A DNA stretch of 63,879 bases, counting the filler, from Reticulomyxa filosa (Eukaryota > Protista > Foraminifera): assembly GCA_000512085.1 (NCBI GenBank). It is 14 parts of 14 records of this genome, joined end to end, with 100 filler letters (N's around TTAATTAATTAA, not from the genome) between each part and the next. Parts side by side here need not be neighbours in the genome. Positions count along the whole stretch, not along the records: positions 1 to 2,544 come from ASPP01001982.1; positions 2,645 to 12,952 come from ASPP01005786.1; 12 more parts are not named here. One strand, 5' to 3'. Shown piece after piece: positions 1 through 11,258 of the stretch. The notes under the pieces were generated by a model. It had not been told where the DNA came from, ran no database searches, and worked only from the letters and a program-made list of their open reading frames with translations. Position 1 is the stretch's first letter, and every line of letters starts with the position of its first letter. The translations under genes were made by a program, and so were the position numbers.

Positions 1-11
1 CAGAGCAAGTA

Positions 12-275
12 TTGTCTGTTGAATATTCACCATTTGTAATAAAGAATAGTATTGGTAATTCAAATGTGATATGTTCTGGATCAATGGATAATACAATTCG
101 TTTTTGGGATATTCGATCAAATAAGAATGAATTGTATATGATCAAAGGAGACGAAGAAGAAGATGGATTAATTTGTCTTAAATTTATTGTATTGAAAAAG
201 AAAACAAAGAATATTACATATGATCTAAATTTGTGCTATGGTTCATTCAAAGGTCCCATTCGTATTTGGGGATAA
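12..275 (+). CDS. C-terminal end of a WD40-repeat protein (5' part outside the window)
   Basis: ICSGSMDNTIRFWD and LCYGSFKGPIRIWG* are WD40 blades. Confidence 0.85.
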   Translation: MSVEYSPFVIKNSIGNSNVICSGSMDNTIRFWDIRSNKNELYMIKGDEEEDGLICLKFIVLKKKTKNITYDLNLCYGSFKGPIRIWG

Positions 276-729
276 TTTACTGTTTTGTCAAATGATAAAT
301 GAAGTGGTTTTTTTTGAAAAGTTTGATTAAAAGAAAAGTAAAGTAATATTAAACTTGTTGATTTGATTGAATGCAAGCATTGAAAGATATGTTTTATCTT
401 ACATTGTTGTTTAAAAAATTGAAAAAGCTGCGTTCAATGTTTTTGAAGAATTGAAAATCACAATAGTATCTAAATATCAAAATAAATCACATGTTCATCC
501 CCAAACATAAATTGGGTATTTGATTGAACAATCTTTTTTTAATTTTTTTTTTTCAATTGTTCAATTTCAGTAAGATGATATCATGTATTTACATGTTTAT
601 TTTCCTTTAAAATACATATTACAATTATGCTCAATCTGTTCGTTTTTTTTTATTTCTTCAAATTATTTTCAAATTTTGATAAAATTATCTTTGACATGGT
701 CGGAAGAATTTTACTTGATGTAACAGCAA

Positions 730-1360
730 ATGCAATAAATTCTGAGCTTGCATATGTTTCAATCGTGCATAGGCCAAAGCCACCTTACTTAATTGGTAAT
801 TGACATCGCATCCATTGTGATTGAGATAATGGCTGAGCTAGAATGACTCCCGTGCATTTCTTTATATTACAATCAAATTGATTAACCCATTGGTTATTGG
901 TATAACAAAGTTGGCTCTAAGTTGATAGTTAATTTTAGATAAGTTCAGAATTACGAAGTAAGAGGTGTATTTTCTGTATGCTGTAAGTTAATGATATTAT
1001 TAAATTGTTTATCAAAATCTTTTATATTACATTATTGATATAATTATAATCACCAATAGACAACTTACAATTGTTGTGTGAATGATATTATATATAATAT
1101 TATTATATTGAAAAGGTGATCGATGATCTTGAGACGCAAACCATTCGCATTTTGATAGATTAATTTCGATACCATGCAATTCTTTATATGTTTCAAGTGA
1201 TGATATTGCCTTCAATAAAACATTTGGATCCTCCGATGCAATAGTGAGGTCATCATGATATTCTGCATGATACAAGTTTGGTAAATTATTAAATGATAAA
1301 TTCATTTTTGCACATTTACAAGCAGTTTGTTGAACCAAGCAAGATCCTTGAACAGCTGCT
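730..1360 (-). mobile_element. Degenerate non-LTR retrotransposon reverse transcriptase, CRE/R2-like
   Basis: Minus strand reads AVQGSCL (QG motif, ~1345-1353), then YHDDLTI (1249-1260), then GIEINLSKCEW, and further on QWMRCQLPIK*GGFGL (LPxxxGGxGL motif, ~770-820). Stops and frameshifts are present. Confidence 0.7.
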
Positions 1361-1784
1361 ACCTTTACTAACTTAGTATCAACTTCAGCTACTTTAGCTC
1401 CTTTTCTTCCGAAGGGCTCAAACTGAACGTTTCCAAAACGATATTTTTTTTTTAGTTGGCTCAGTTAAACATTAACTCCATTTTGAGCATTCTGCAATTG
1501 CGCGATTGTTCTCAAACGAAAGTTGTTTTGAACAAAAAAGGTGTTTTCTTGGTGTTATTATTTTACAAAACATTTATTTTGAAACCACCAAAAAACACTC
1601 AGGTAAAACAAAAAAAATTTGAATAACAACCAAAGAGATAAAGAAAGAGATCAACCACTTTATTTTTAGGTTAATAATAAAGGAAAAGTGAAAATCAAAA
1701 CAAAAAAAAGCAAAAGATAGAATGTTTAATAACATTTCCCAAACAAACAGGAAGAAAAATAGAGATGATATAAAAAAAAAATCA

Positions 1785-2174
1785 TTACTCAGGTTCGATG
1801 GCTCCATAAATTTGTTTCAAAAACGTGAAAGTACTCCAACATCCAACAGCACCAAGCATTAAAAAGAATGCGTAAGAAATAGCTGTAGCGTAACTGAAAA
1901 AAAAGGCAGCTTGAAGCACACCATTCATATAGGATCGATAATGGTAATAAAACACATCGTATCCCAATATGTAAACTCTGGGACTGCTTGCAGTTGCAAA
2001 AGAGCGCTACCACTATCTCCAGTCATATCTTTGCAATTGAAAGTAGGTGGCTGCGATAGTAATTGCGACAGTGACGATCAACGACATGAAAAAGGCCAAA
2101 GACAAAATGCCAAACAATGTATACGTCTGATGTCCAAATATGGCTGTGAATAAAAAGTGTAATTCGATGTAGAT
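1785..2174 (-). pseudogene. TM9SF/nonaspanin (EMP70) C-terminal gene fragment with nonsense codons
   Basis: Translates as IYIELHFLFTAIFGHQTYTLFGIL...TYFQLQRYDWR*W*RSF...YYHYRSYMNGVLQAAFFFSY...AFFLMLGAVG...QIYGAIEPE. The conserved WWW is now TAG-TGG-TAG (2007-2015). Confidence 0.85.
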
Positions 2175-2461
2175 TTGAGTAAATGGATGAAGCTATTTGT
2201 CAAGTTATTGGAAATGCAATTGGATAATATTCATTGTAACAGTGTTAAAAATCATATATGCATATATATGTTTAGTTTGTTAGTGCTAAAATATCCATGG
2301 AGAAAATCAATTATCATCATAAGATATCGCTTTAGTCGTTCAGTTTTTTTGCAGCCTACTGTAGTTTAGTGTCAGTTTTTTCAAATATTTTTTTAAGTTT
2401 TTCCCAAAGTTATTGTTTGTTGTTAATTTTTTCGCCTTTATATATTTTACTTTAATTATCC

Positions 2462-2544
2462 ACCAATGCTTTCAATTGGATTCAGGTCTGGTGAATTAGG
2501 AGGAAAATTTATCAGTTCCATTATTTTCTTTAAACTAATCCATT
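2462..2544 (-). mobile_element. Tc1/mariner DDE transposase remnant
   Basis: Minus strand MELINFPPNSPDLNPIES contains the SPDLNPIE motif with the catalytic Glu; it is cut off at the contig end. Confidence 0.75.
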
Positions 2545-2644
2545 NNNNNNNNNNNNNNNNNNNNNNNNNNNNNNNNNNNNNNNNNNNNTTAATTAATTAA
2601 NNNNNNNNNNNNNNNNNNNNNNNNNNNNNNNNNNNNNNNNNNNN
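2545..2644. other. Artificial contig linker (first of 13; others at 12953-13052, 16255-16354, 17763-17862, 39973-40072, 42689-42788, 44570-44669, 45724-45823, 47232-47331, 49142-49241, 54362-54461, 58140-58239, 62762-62861)
   Basis: Identical 100-nt N-run/TTAATTAATTAA/N-run blocks with stops in all six frames; the flanking sequences are unrelated to each other. Confidence 0.98.
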
Positions 2645-3464
2645 GACGCTTTTTGAAGTTGTGCAAACATGGTGATATAATTTTAAAACAAACCCTTCAA
2701 TTGAACTAGAAAATTTTTGTGACGCAACTCTAATTTTTTGTTTGTATTAGATATCAAATAATTGTTCATGTAAAAAAATTAAGAGATTGGACAAGAAATT
2801 TTTTTGAAAATTACTAGAACAAAAGTATCACAATACATGTTTGCAAGCAAAAAAGAGTGAATCTATGTTTATTCAAATGCCATTATTTTCATTATCGTTT
2901 TTGTTATGTTTCTAATATCTTTGTCAATCTTAATTTACACTCGAACTGTTTTAATTTGACTGCATGAAGCGATTCAACCATTTACAATGTTAGTTCATGT
3001 CAAATTAGAAGTGATTACGAAGAAACTGAAGAATACCAGTATGTAACAAATGTAACAATGAATGAAATAAAATAAAAAAATTTATATCAATTTTTTATCA
3101 TTCATACATTTTTTTATTTCTTCTTTGCAATATTTTATCTTTTTAATATCGGCAAAGAAGATCTTAAGCTATTTATATTCGATTAATTGGCTTATTCAGA
3201 AACTGATAGAATTTTTTTGGGGGTAGTCTCTGGAAAAAAAAAATTACTAATGTCACTTGGACAAAATTTTGAAAGTATGAATAACTTATTAGGCATGACA
3301 ATTGAGAAGTTGAAGGCTTGTAGCGAAAATGGCATTGAGTTATATAAAAATGAACAAAAAAACTACAAAATGCAAAAAAAATAATTGTAATGATAATAAT
3401 ATAAAATAACAGCAACAATGATGGTGTAAATAAAAAAGACAATGTCAATATTAATATCAACGAC

Positions 3465-3558
3465 TATTCAAATGACAGTGACAATTCAAATGGCAATGTC
3501 AACTCAAATGACAATATCAATTCAAATGACAATGACAATTCAAATGACACTAATGACG
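3465..3558 (+). repeat. Imperfect ~18-nt tandem repeat (core AATTCAAATGAC) encoding an N/S/D-rich tract upstream of Rep
   Basis: Repeated TCAAATGACA(A/G)TGACAAT-like units; reads SNDSDNSNGNVNSNDNINSNDNDNSND. Confidence 0.7.
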
Positions 3559-3790
3559 GAAGTAAACAAGAAAGCCTTTATGTATTACAAAAAAAAAGGA
3601 GTATAGAAGACAAAAATACAATAGTCCTACCAGCTAAGAGGCTTAAAAAAATTACAAATGAAGAAAGTGATAATTATAGTTTCTTAGTAAGCAATAAATA
3701 ACAAATAGATGAAAGCATTAAACCAACTGAAGAATCGATTGGAGATAATACAAACGAAGAAAAAAAATGTGAAATAAGTCTAGACAAAAA

Positions 3791-4753
3791 AAAAGATTTA
3801 TTCAAGCAAAACAATTGTTCTTGACATATCTTCAATGTAATCTTTCGCCTGATGAAGCTATTGAATTGCTACAATAAAAAATTCCAATTGATGATTATTT
3901 AATTGCAGAAGAAAATCACTCAGATAGAGGTAAACATTTGCATTGTTATATTAAATGTAAAGAAAAAATCCAAATCTATTCACACTATAAACTGATTTAA
4001 ATGGATATCCTGGCAATTATCAAAGCTTTCGTAGTATATTGTCATTAAAAAATATTGTACAAAAGATAAAAATTATATAACAAATATAAAAAACTTTAAA
4101 ATAATGAAGCCATCTATAGAAGCGGTACAAATGGTAATAAAAGGTGATATTGATTGAGCAATTAATATAATAACAAATGATCCATCTTTGGCAAAAGATT
4201 ATTTAAGATATAGTTTGCGTATGGAACAAAGTATAAAGAAATTATCAAAAAGTTGTGATTTTGAAATAAAAAAAATTATAAATTTAAAAATGTATATGGG
4301 GTATCAAACTGGAATCGTTCAAAATATGTATTGTTGTTGCAAGGAAAAACAAAAACAGGCAAAACGCAATTTGCGTTACACTCTTTAACAAGCCACTGTT
4401 GGTAAGACATATTGGCCAATTAAAAAAACTTGATAATTCTTATGATGCATTGTATTTGATGACATGAACTTTTCAAGTTGGACGCGCCAAGAACAAATAC
4501 ATATAGTTGACGTAGAAGAAAAACAACAATCAATGTAAAATATACTTACGCTGAATTAAAAAAAGGATTACCACGAATCTTCACTAGCAATGATGTCATT
4601 TTTTCAAAAGATCAATCAATATTAAGAAGGATACGCTATATTCCTATAAATGAAGATATAAGGGATATCAGTGACAACGAATCAAGTGACAACAACAGTT
4701 TTGAAGTACTGATGAAATTTTTGAGCAAAAAAATTAAAAAATCTTCTAAATGA
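3791..4753 (+). mobile_element. rep: Endogenous geminivirus-like CRESS-DNA Rep (HUH endonuclease + SF3 helicase), pseudogenised
   Basis: Motifs in the expected order across frameshifts: KRFIQAKQLFLTYLQC (motif I, FLTY 3818-3829), EENHSDRGKHLHCY (motif II, HLH 3935-3943), DLNGYPGNYQS, YCTKD (motif III, 4053-4067), GKTKTGKT (Walker A, 4343-4366), IVFDD (Walker B, 4449-4463), PRIFTSN (motif C, 4571-4591), ILRR (Arg finger, 4619-4630), and a TGA stop at 4751-4753. Confidence 0.9.
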
Positions 4754-4859
4754 TTGTATGATTGTAAGATTCGAATTGGTGATGTTACATTTTCACAAAT
4801 AAATAAATAATTTGAAATTAATCCGTTGGATTGAGACAATAACTAAATAGCTTGACTTT

Positions 4860-5200
4860 GACTCCTTAATTCAAACATGTGAAAACAGAATCTATTTTGT
4901 TTCATTCAATTCCATTGCAATTCCTTTAAATAAATCTCTGAATGTATCACAATAATATCCATTTATTTTTTGAAATCTGTCAATCAAATATTGAAAAGTA
5001 TCATTGAAATGTTTTCCATTTAGATCAACTGCAATTGTCCCAATTAATTTCACATCATCTACGCACATCTGCATCATCATTTTTATCAGTGAACATATCC
5101 ATTGAAGAGTTAAAAGCTTTGTTCAATTGTTGTTTATTACATTTATATGAAATTGTTTTAATTAATTGAATGCACTTGATACGAATATTTTGATGTTTAT
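4860..5200 (-). pseudogene. Degenerate HEAT/ARM-like helical repeat fragment
   Basis: Repeating units CIQLIKTISYKCNKQQLNKAFNSSMD, LIGTIAVDLNGKHFNDTFQYLIDRF and LFKGIAMELNETK; frameshifted. Confidence 0.45.
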
Positions 5201-5414
5201 TTTTTTACGGTAAATTTGTGGGTTAATCTGAAAAAATTTTCAAACAAAATAATTTTTTGTTTTATCTTATCAAATATTGTGCCACATCTGCATCCAGAAA
5301 TTGTATTGCTTATATATTCATCTTTGATCGGGAACTTTCGTCAAGTGTTATTATGATATCTACGCAACAAATATAAAAAATGAACTTAAGCATTTGTTCT
5401 GTCTTACGGACATA

Positions 5415-5560
5415 CTATTGTACACCATTGTACCAACAAAAAACATAGTCAAATTCAGATAACACAATGACAATTGTCAGTCCTTTTCCATTGAATCTAT
5501 CACGAAACGCTTTTGCACCAAAATTATGATCACTCTTACGGTATAATAATTTCACTTTAC
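5415..5560 (-). pseudogene. TLDc-domain remnant
   Basis: KVKLLYRKSDHNFGAKAFRDRFNGKGLTIVIVLSEFDYVFCWY matches the TLDc pattern LLYRxSxxGFxxxxFHxxCDxKGPT...FGG. Confidence 0.6.
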
Positions 5561-6249
5561 ATTAGTTTCGTAGTAGTAACGATTCTAAAGCTTTTATTTC
5601 TTTAGCTTTGATAATATAGTAATCAGTGAAATTATCATTAAGACATACAATATAATTATATGAAAATGATAAATTTTATTCTTACAATATATTTATCACG
5701 ACACTTGACTTTATTTTCTTTTCGTGTTAACTTTTGTATATAATAATCATTGTATACACTAGCTCTAGTTCTATTTTTTAAAAAACTAAAATAAAAGATT
5801 CAATTATTTTTTTTACTTCGCTTCAATTGAAAGTTGAACACAATCTAATCATCTTCATGTAAAAGCGTAACAATTTTTTATTTTATCATTTTGATTATTA
5901 GGTAATCTAATACAAATTTTATGTATGTCCTTAAAATCACTTTTCTGCAAATAGATTTCATTATACAAAATGAAACTCAGGATTCAGAAAGCGTTATTTG
6001 TCAAGTCCTTAATTTCATTTTTCTACATACAAAAGCAAAATTGATTATAAATAAATATTATTTAAAAAAATGAAAATGATTTTTTGTTTTAAAAAAATTT
6101 CTTTTTGAAAATTTAAAAAAAGATTTAAAGAAACTGCTCATGATTTGATGATGATGGCATTCAGTGGCATTTGGCAACCATTCCCAAATATTTATTTTAG
6201 CTATAGTAATATAGCCAAAATAAATAGATACTGACAACATAATCAACAA

Positions 6250-7446
6250 TATAATAACATCAAACTATTCCCACAATAGTTGCTTCTTGGAGAATAGTGG
6301 GAATTTTGGACAATCTATATAAATAAAAAAAACACATACACATACATTCAATAATATTTATATAATATAACATACTTTTGACGGTGGCTTTTTCTTCAAT
6401 CTTGCGTGTCTTGCCTCCTGTCCAATCTATACACACATACATAATCAAATAATACAATATTTTATTTAAAAAAAAATATATATATATTAACATATTGGTG
6501 ATGGGATTTCATCATCTTAATAAATTTCCTTTTTTCTTCTTCTTTCTTCCCCATTTTCATCCTATTCCTCCAATTTTCTTCAATCATCAACGCCATCTTC
6601 ACCGTCATTGCTCTTTTATTGTCGTCGTCGTCGACGTCGCTCAAATCTATATTATACATTTACATACACATTACACACATACATAATTCAATTTATGTAT
6701 ATAAAAAAATATATATACATAAAAAAAAATAAAATAAAAATATGTATATTTATATATAGTACAATTATCAAATTTTTTTTTTACATACTTGGCTGATGTA
6801 GCTGTGACTTTGGCTTTGGCTTTAGCTGGGGCTGGGTCCGTAGCTGTGATTGTGTCTTTGTCTATCGCAGCAGTTGTTCTTGTTGTCGTTGTTCTCGTTG
6901 TCGCAGTTCTTGCAGCAGTTGTTCTTGTTGTTGCCTTTCTTGCTGAGTTTTCTCGCTGTCGTTGTTCTTGCTTCAGCTTTTCTCGTTGCTGACTTTCTAG
7001 TTGTCGCCATTCTTGATAAAGCTGTTCTCGTTGTTGCCTTTCTCGTTGTTGTTGTTCTATCTGTTGTTGTTTTTTTGTTCTTACTGTTGCATTTGTTGCA
7101 GTTGCAGTTCCAATTGTTGTCGTTGTTGTTGCAATTGCCGTTCTAGTTCCGCTTGTTCTTGGCCTTGTAGCCATTGTATCGACTCAGATGACAGTGGCTG
7201 TTGCTGTTGTTCCAATGCTATTCTATAATCTTCTGCGAATTGTTGTTGTCGTTGTTCCCGCTCTATCGCTGCTGATAGAAATTCTATTGGTTCAAGCATT
7301 TGAGATAATATATAGTCTTCGTGGTCCTCTTTCGTCCTTTCTATTTCTACCAAATCCTTGAATTTTGGACTTTTCTTGATCCGGCCTTTGTTATCTGTTT
7401 GGAGTAATTGTGTGAAAGACATAGTGTTTTTTTCAAAGAAATACAT
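6250..7446 (-). CDS. Hypothetical Q/E/R-rich coiled-coil protein, multi-exon and apparently frameshifted
   Basis: Q-rich ORFs 7081-7446 and 6671-7174 lie in different frames, followed by short downstream exons separated by GT-AG introns with (TA)n tracts. Confidence 0.35.
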
Positions 7447-7649
7447 GACAAAAGATCATACCTTTGTTGTTGGTCATATCTACTACTTGTTCTTTTTTTT
7501 TTCTTCAAAAATGGTTTATTCGGTTATTGCCGAAATGCAGCCTTTTTTAAAGAAGAATTCACTTTATCTCTGAATTTTTTTGATATATGTGTGTACTCGC
7601 AGTGTGGAAGTTGTGTTTTTCAGTCTCTGCCTTACTTTTTCACAATATC

Positions 7650-7800
7650 TACACTGTCCAAGCTTTACTAGTTACACACTGTATCACTCCCTACACAGTA
7701 CACGGTCTACTCTCAATTCATTATGTACACTCTCTACAGTGTGTACGCTCTCTACTCCCAATTCATTGTGTACACTATATACTCTCAATTCATTGTGTTC
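7650..7800 (+). repeat. Imperfect tandem repeat (TACTCTCAATTCATTGTG / TACACT units)
   Basis: Three copies of a TACTC(T/C)CAATTCATT(A/G)TGT unit, interspersed with TACAC repeats. Confidence 0.6.
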
Positions 7801-8069
7801 TTAATAAAGTAATGGTTATGCAATTTGTTATGTGAAAAAATCTGGTCCATGAAGAAAATTGATTGCGAAAAAAAATCAGGTATAATTTTTTTTATCAAAA
7901 AAGAATAAAATATGTTTGTTATTCATGTCTTTTTTTTTTTTTTTTTTTGCGAAAAAAAAAGCGATTCATAATTTTTTGGTCAAAAAAAAAAGAAAAAAAA
8001 AGCGACTAATAATTTTTTGATAAAAAAAAAGGGGGCTTATTTACTTAAAACAAAAAAAAAAAGAATAAC

Positions 8070-9349
8070 CATGAAGGCGTCGAGGAAAACACAGCAGAAG
8101 ACGAAGACGACGAAAGTAACAATGATTCGACCTCGGAGTCAAACACAAAAGCGGTCAATTGGGAGCCATCCTCTGAAGCACGACCACGAACAATGGAGTG
8201 ACAATAAGTTGACTGATCGTTGTGTGCTGCTTGCAACGACTCGAATCGACGCGAGGGAAAGGCACTCTGTTTTGCTCATCGATTGTTTACTTCCACACCG
8301 TTACGTGTCACTCTATATTTTATATTCATATATACATATATATATAAATCCCCTTTTTTTTTTGAACAAAGTTTAAACCCAAGTAACGTTGTCTGATACA
8401 AAGATTTCTGCTGCTCACCGTGTGCAATCGAATCGACGACGCGCAAGGCGATTCGAAGAGATTGCAAGAAATCTCGCAAATGTTGAAATTGTTAAGACAC
8501 GATAGTTGTTTGTTTGTTGTGAGGATTTAAAATAAAGACATGTGTTTTTTTTTAAAAAAAAAAAGCATGGAAGAGTGGGCCGAGTTACTGTTAGAAATAA
8601 GACTCCCCGCACACAGCGTGGCGAGAAATGGACTAAACCAGTTGATCTCGCGCATGCTGCAGCTGTTTCCACGTGACAAGTCTAGTGCGACGCACAAGTC
8701 GATCTTTGAAGCGACGCAAAGACTGTTAATTTACGTATCGCAATCACAACTTGCATCACGTTTGTCAAAGTTGGTCCATGCCCTTGGTTCGACGTGCGAC
8801 GCAGCCCGAGTTGGGATCCCTTTCGCATATACTACTCCGTCGCACCATGTCATTGTCTGTGTCAATATTTACCAACCCATCTCCGGTGTCCAAGCTGACG
8901 TTCAGACGAAAGAGTGCAAGATGATCGCGAGGCAGCTGACACTTATGATGTTCAAGCAGATAAAGGCTCATTCGTCCGACCGAGTTGCTTCGAAAAGTTT
9001 GTTTGTGTGTGTATATATATATTTGGCGTTTGTCATGTCAATAACAAATTCGTCGTTATTCATTGCGTATAAACAAAGGAAAGGACCGGCGATGACGCGT
9101 ACAAAAAATACTCCGAATATCGTGGCGCTGCGTGAGTTGGGTGAAAGTATCGCTATTTGGGAGAATTGGAAGTATGCAGCCAAAAGTTCCCTCGACGAAA
9201 AGTCGTCATTGAAAAAATGCTTCAAATCGGAGTGGAAATGGCTGAGTTTCAAAATCAATATGGACAGATTCAAATCTTTGCCGCTTTGGAAAGTCTTTCC
9301 ATGCTTAAATTCTCCACCGTCTGGGCTGTTTCGTCTTTTTTTTTTTTAA
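8070..9349 (+). CDS. Hypothetical multi-exon gene or pseudogene, no family recognised
   Basis: GC-richer exon-like blocks (e.g. within 8540-9349) separated by AT-rich introns; at least one in-frame stop near 8384. Confidence 0.35.
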
Positions 9350-9749
9350 ATGTAAAATCTAGCAATCAATCAATGAATTGGACACATATATATGTACACA
9401 TAAGAAAATCGAAGTCGAACATCTACAGTTTGCCCGGTTTCGATAAGAAAATCGAGGGCTGTTAGACAATCTGGAGTGCATGTCTTTGTCTTGTTCTCAT
9501 TGTTTCAAAAATCGCTCAACAGAACATATATTTGCAAAATAAATGTGAAATGGAAATGATCGCAACTCGTTGAACCAAATTGCGAAACCTCCAAGCTTTT
9601 TTTTTTTTTGCCCTCTTTTTTTTTGCCCCCCTTTTTTTTTGGTACGTGTAAAAAAAAATGTTATGATTTGATAAATTTTGTTTGAAAAAAAAAAAGATGA
9701 AAGTGCGGGTGCGACAAGTGTAACATATTACACGTATTGAATACAAGCA

Positions 9750-10480
9750 ATACGTATTTGAAAGGCGTGATAATGGAATCGAACCCACTTAGCGTGCCAT
9801 TACGAGATTCGTTGACTTGGGGAGACATGCCAAACATGTACAAGATGACACTGGGCTGTATGACAGATCGCAATGCATGAAAAGCGTGGCCAATGCCGAA
9901 CTTCTGTTGCTGGCCCAACAAGCTGCTATTGACGCGTCTGCAGTGACAGCCAAAATATTTCAAAGATGTTTTGTTGATATTACTTTTTTTTTTTTCTCTT
10001 TCCCCCCCCGAGAATTAACTCTGTTTTAAACAACCATATACACGCAGTCAATGTATGCTAATATGTAACGTTCATTATATATGTATATATGTATGTATAT
10101 AGGTTCATTAAAATGTATATACGCATACCCACCAAGGGGAAAGAGGCAAACATGCACTGCACGCACATCTGCACCCCTCAACGTATACACCAAATATGCT
10201 TTTATACAGTTATTTATGCCATTCACTCCAACTATTGGAATCGGTGTGTTTTCCAAACAATTGTACTTGGCATTTCAAAGTGGCAAGTTTCTGAATGTAC
10301 CGATAATTATCGGAACAAATCGCAATGAATCAGACATTGCGTACTTGTCCACTCCCCATCGATTGTAACGTTGAATACTTGCCTTTCTTGGAAGTCACGT
10401 ACGGAGACACTAGTGCACATAAGATTGCCCAATCTTATCAAGTCCCTCAAACAATTGGCTTAGTGTCCACGTCCCCACAG
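9750..10480 (+). pseudogene. Type-B carboxylesterase/lipase fragment
   Basis: GVIMESNPLSVPLRD, followed after an intron by LFMPFTPTIG...AFQSGKFLNVPIIIGTNRNES. This matches the COesterase AIxES and VPxxxGxNxxE motifs. Frameshifted, and the N-terminal catalytic Ser region is not seen. Confidence 0.6.
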
Positions 10481-11258
10481 ACAGTATTTTCTTGTGCTTA
10501 TCCAGAAATCTCACTTATAACAACACAAAGCAAGACCACACAAAATTCGCTATTAATAGTATTTTTTTTGGTTTTTCTTGATAAGTTTTTTAATATTAGA
10601 AAGTTATTTTGGTGTATTATTAACAATAATAATAAATAATGATAAGATAATGTAGCACATTTCAACATTGAAAGCATTGATGGAAGGCTTTATTTATTTA
10701 TCTGTGGAGAGGGAATTCGTTTGCTTTGTTTATTTTTCTCAAATTTAATTTACAAGTTTTGGTATCAGAACGCACTGAAGATATTATATTTTGCTGTTTC
10801 TCGCTTTTATTGAAAGAAAACAATATCATAACCTGCTGAAACAATGAGAAGGAGTCGAAATTCTCTGATTAATAAAAAAGTTTTGATTACTTGCAAACAC
10901 GAGTTAAGAAAAAAGAAACTTGGAATTGAAGTTTTCAAAGGCTCTTTCCGTTTGATGAAGCATGTGAAAATACCAACTTTGACTGAGAATAAGATCACAC
11001 CACTTTGTATGAGTGTTTTTGACAGCAGAGAAATCATTATAATATTAAACTTGGAAAAGTTTTGTTTTGGATTTCCAACTTGTAGTGTCTTTACTTTTAA
11101 TTGCTTGGATTCAAATAACACGATTCTTCGATATGCATAATCAAATACAAAGCTTTTTTTAAGCCCAACTAAAAAGACGCACACTTGAGTAAAAAAGAAA
11201 TTGAATTTAAACGTGTGCCCCCTCCCGTAAATTGGTGTCATTTATATACTTTTTTGAA

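Noticed and set aside
3791-4753. Helitron RepHel
   Set aside because: The helicase motifs are SF3 (Walker B DD, motif C TSN, Arg finger) directly after a short geminivirus-type HUH domain, not PIF1/SF1.
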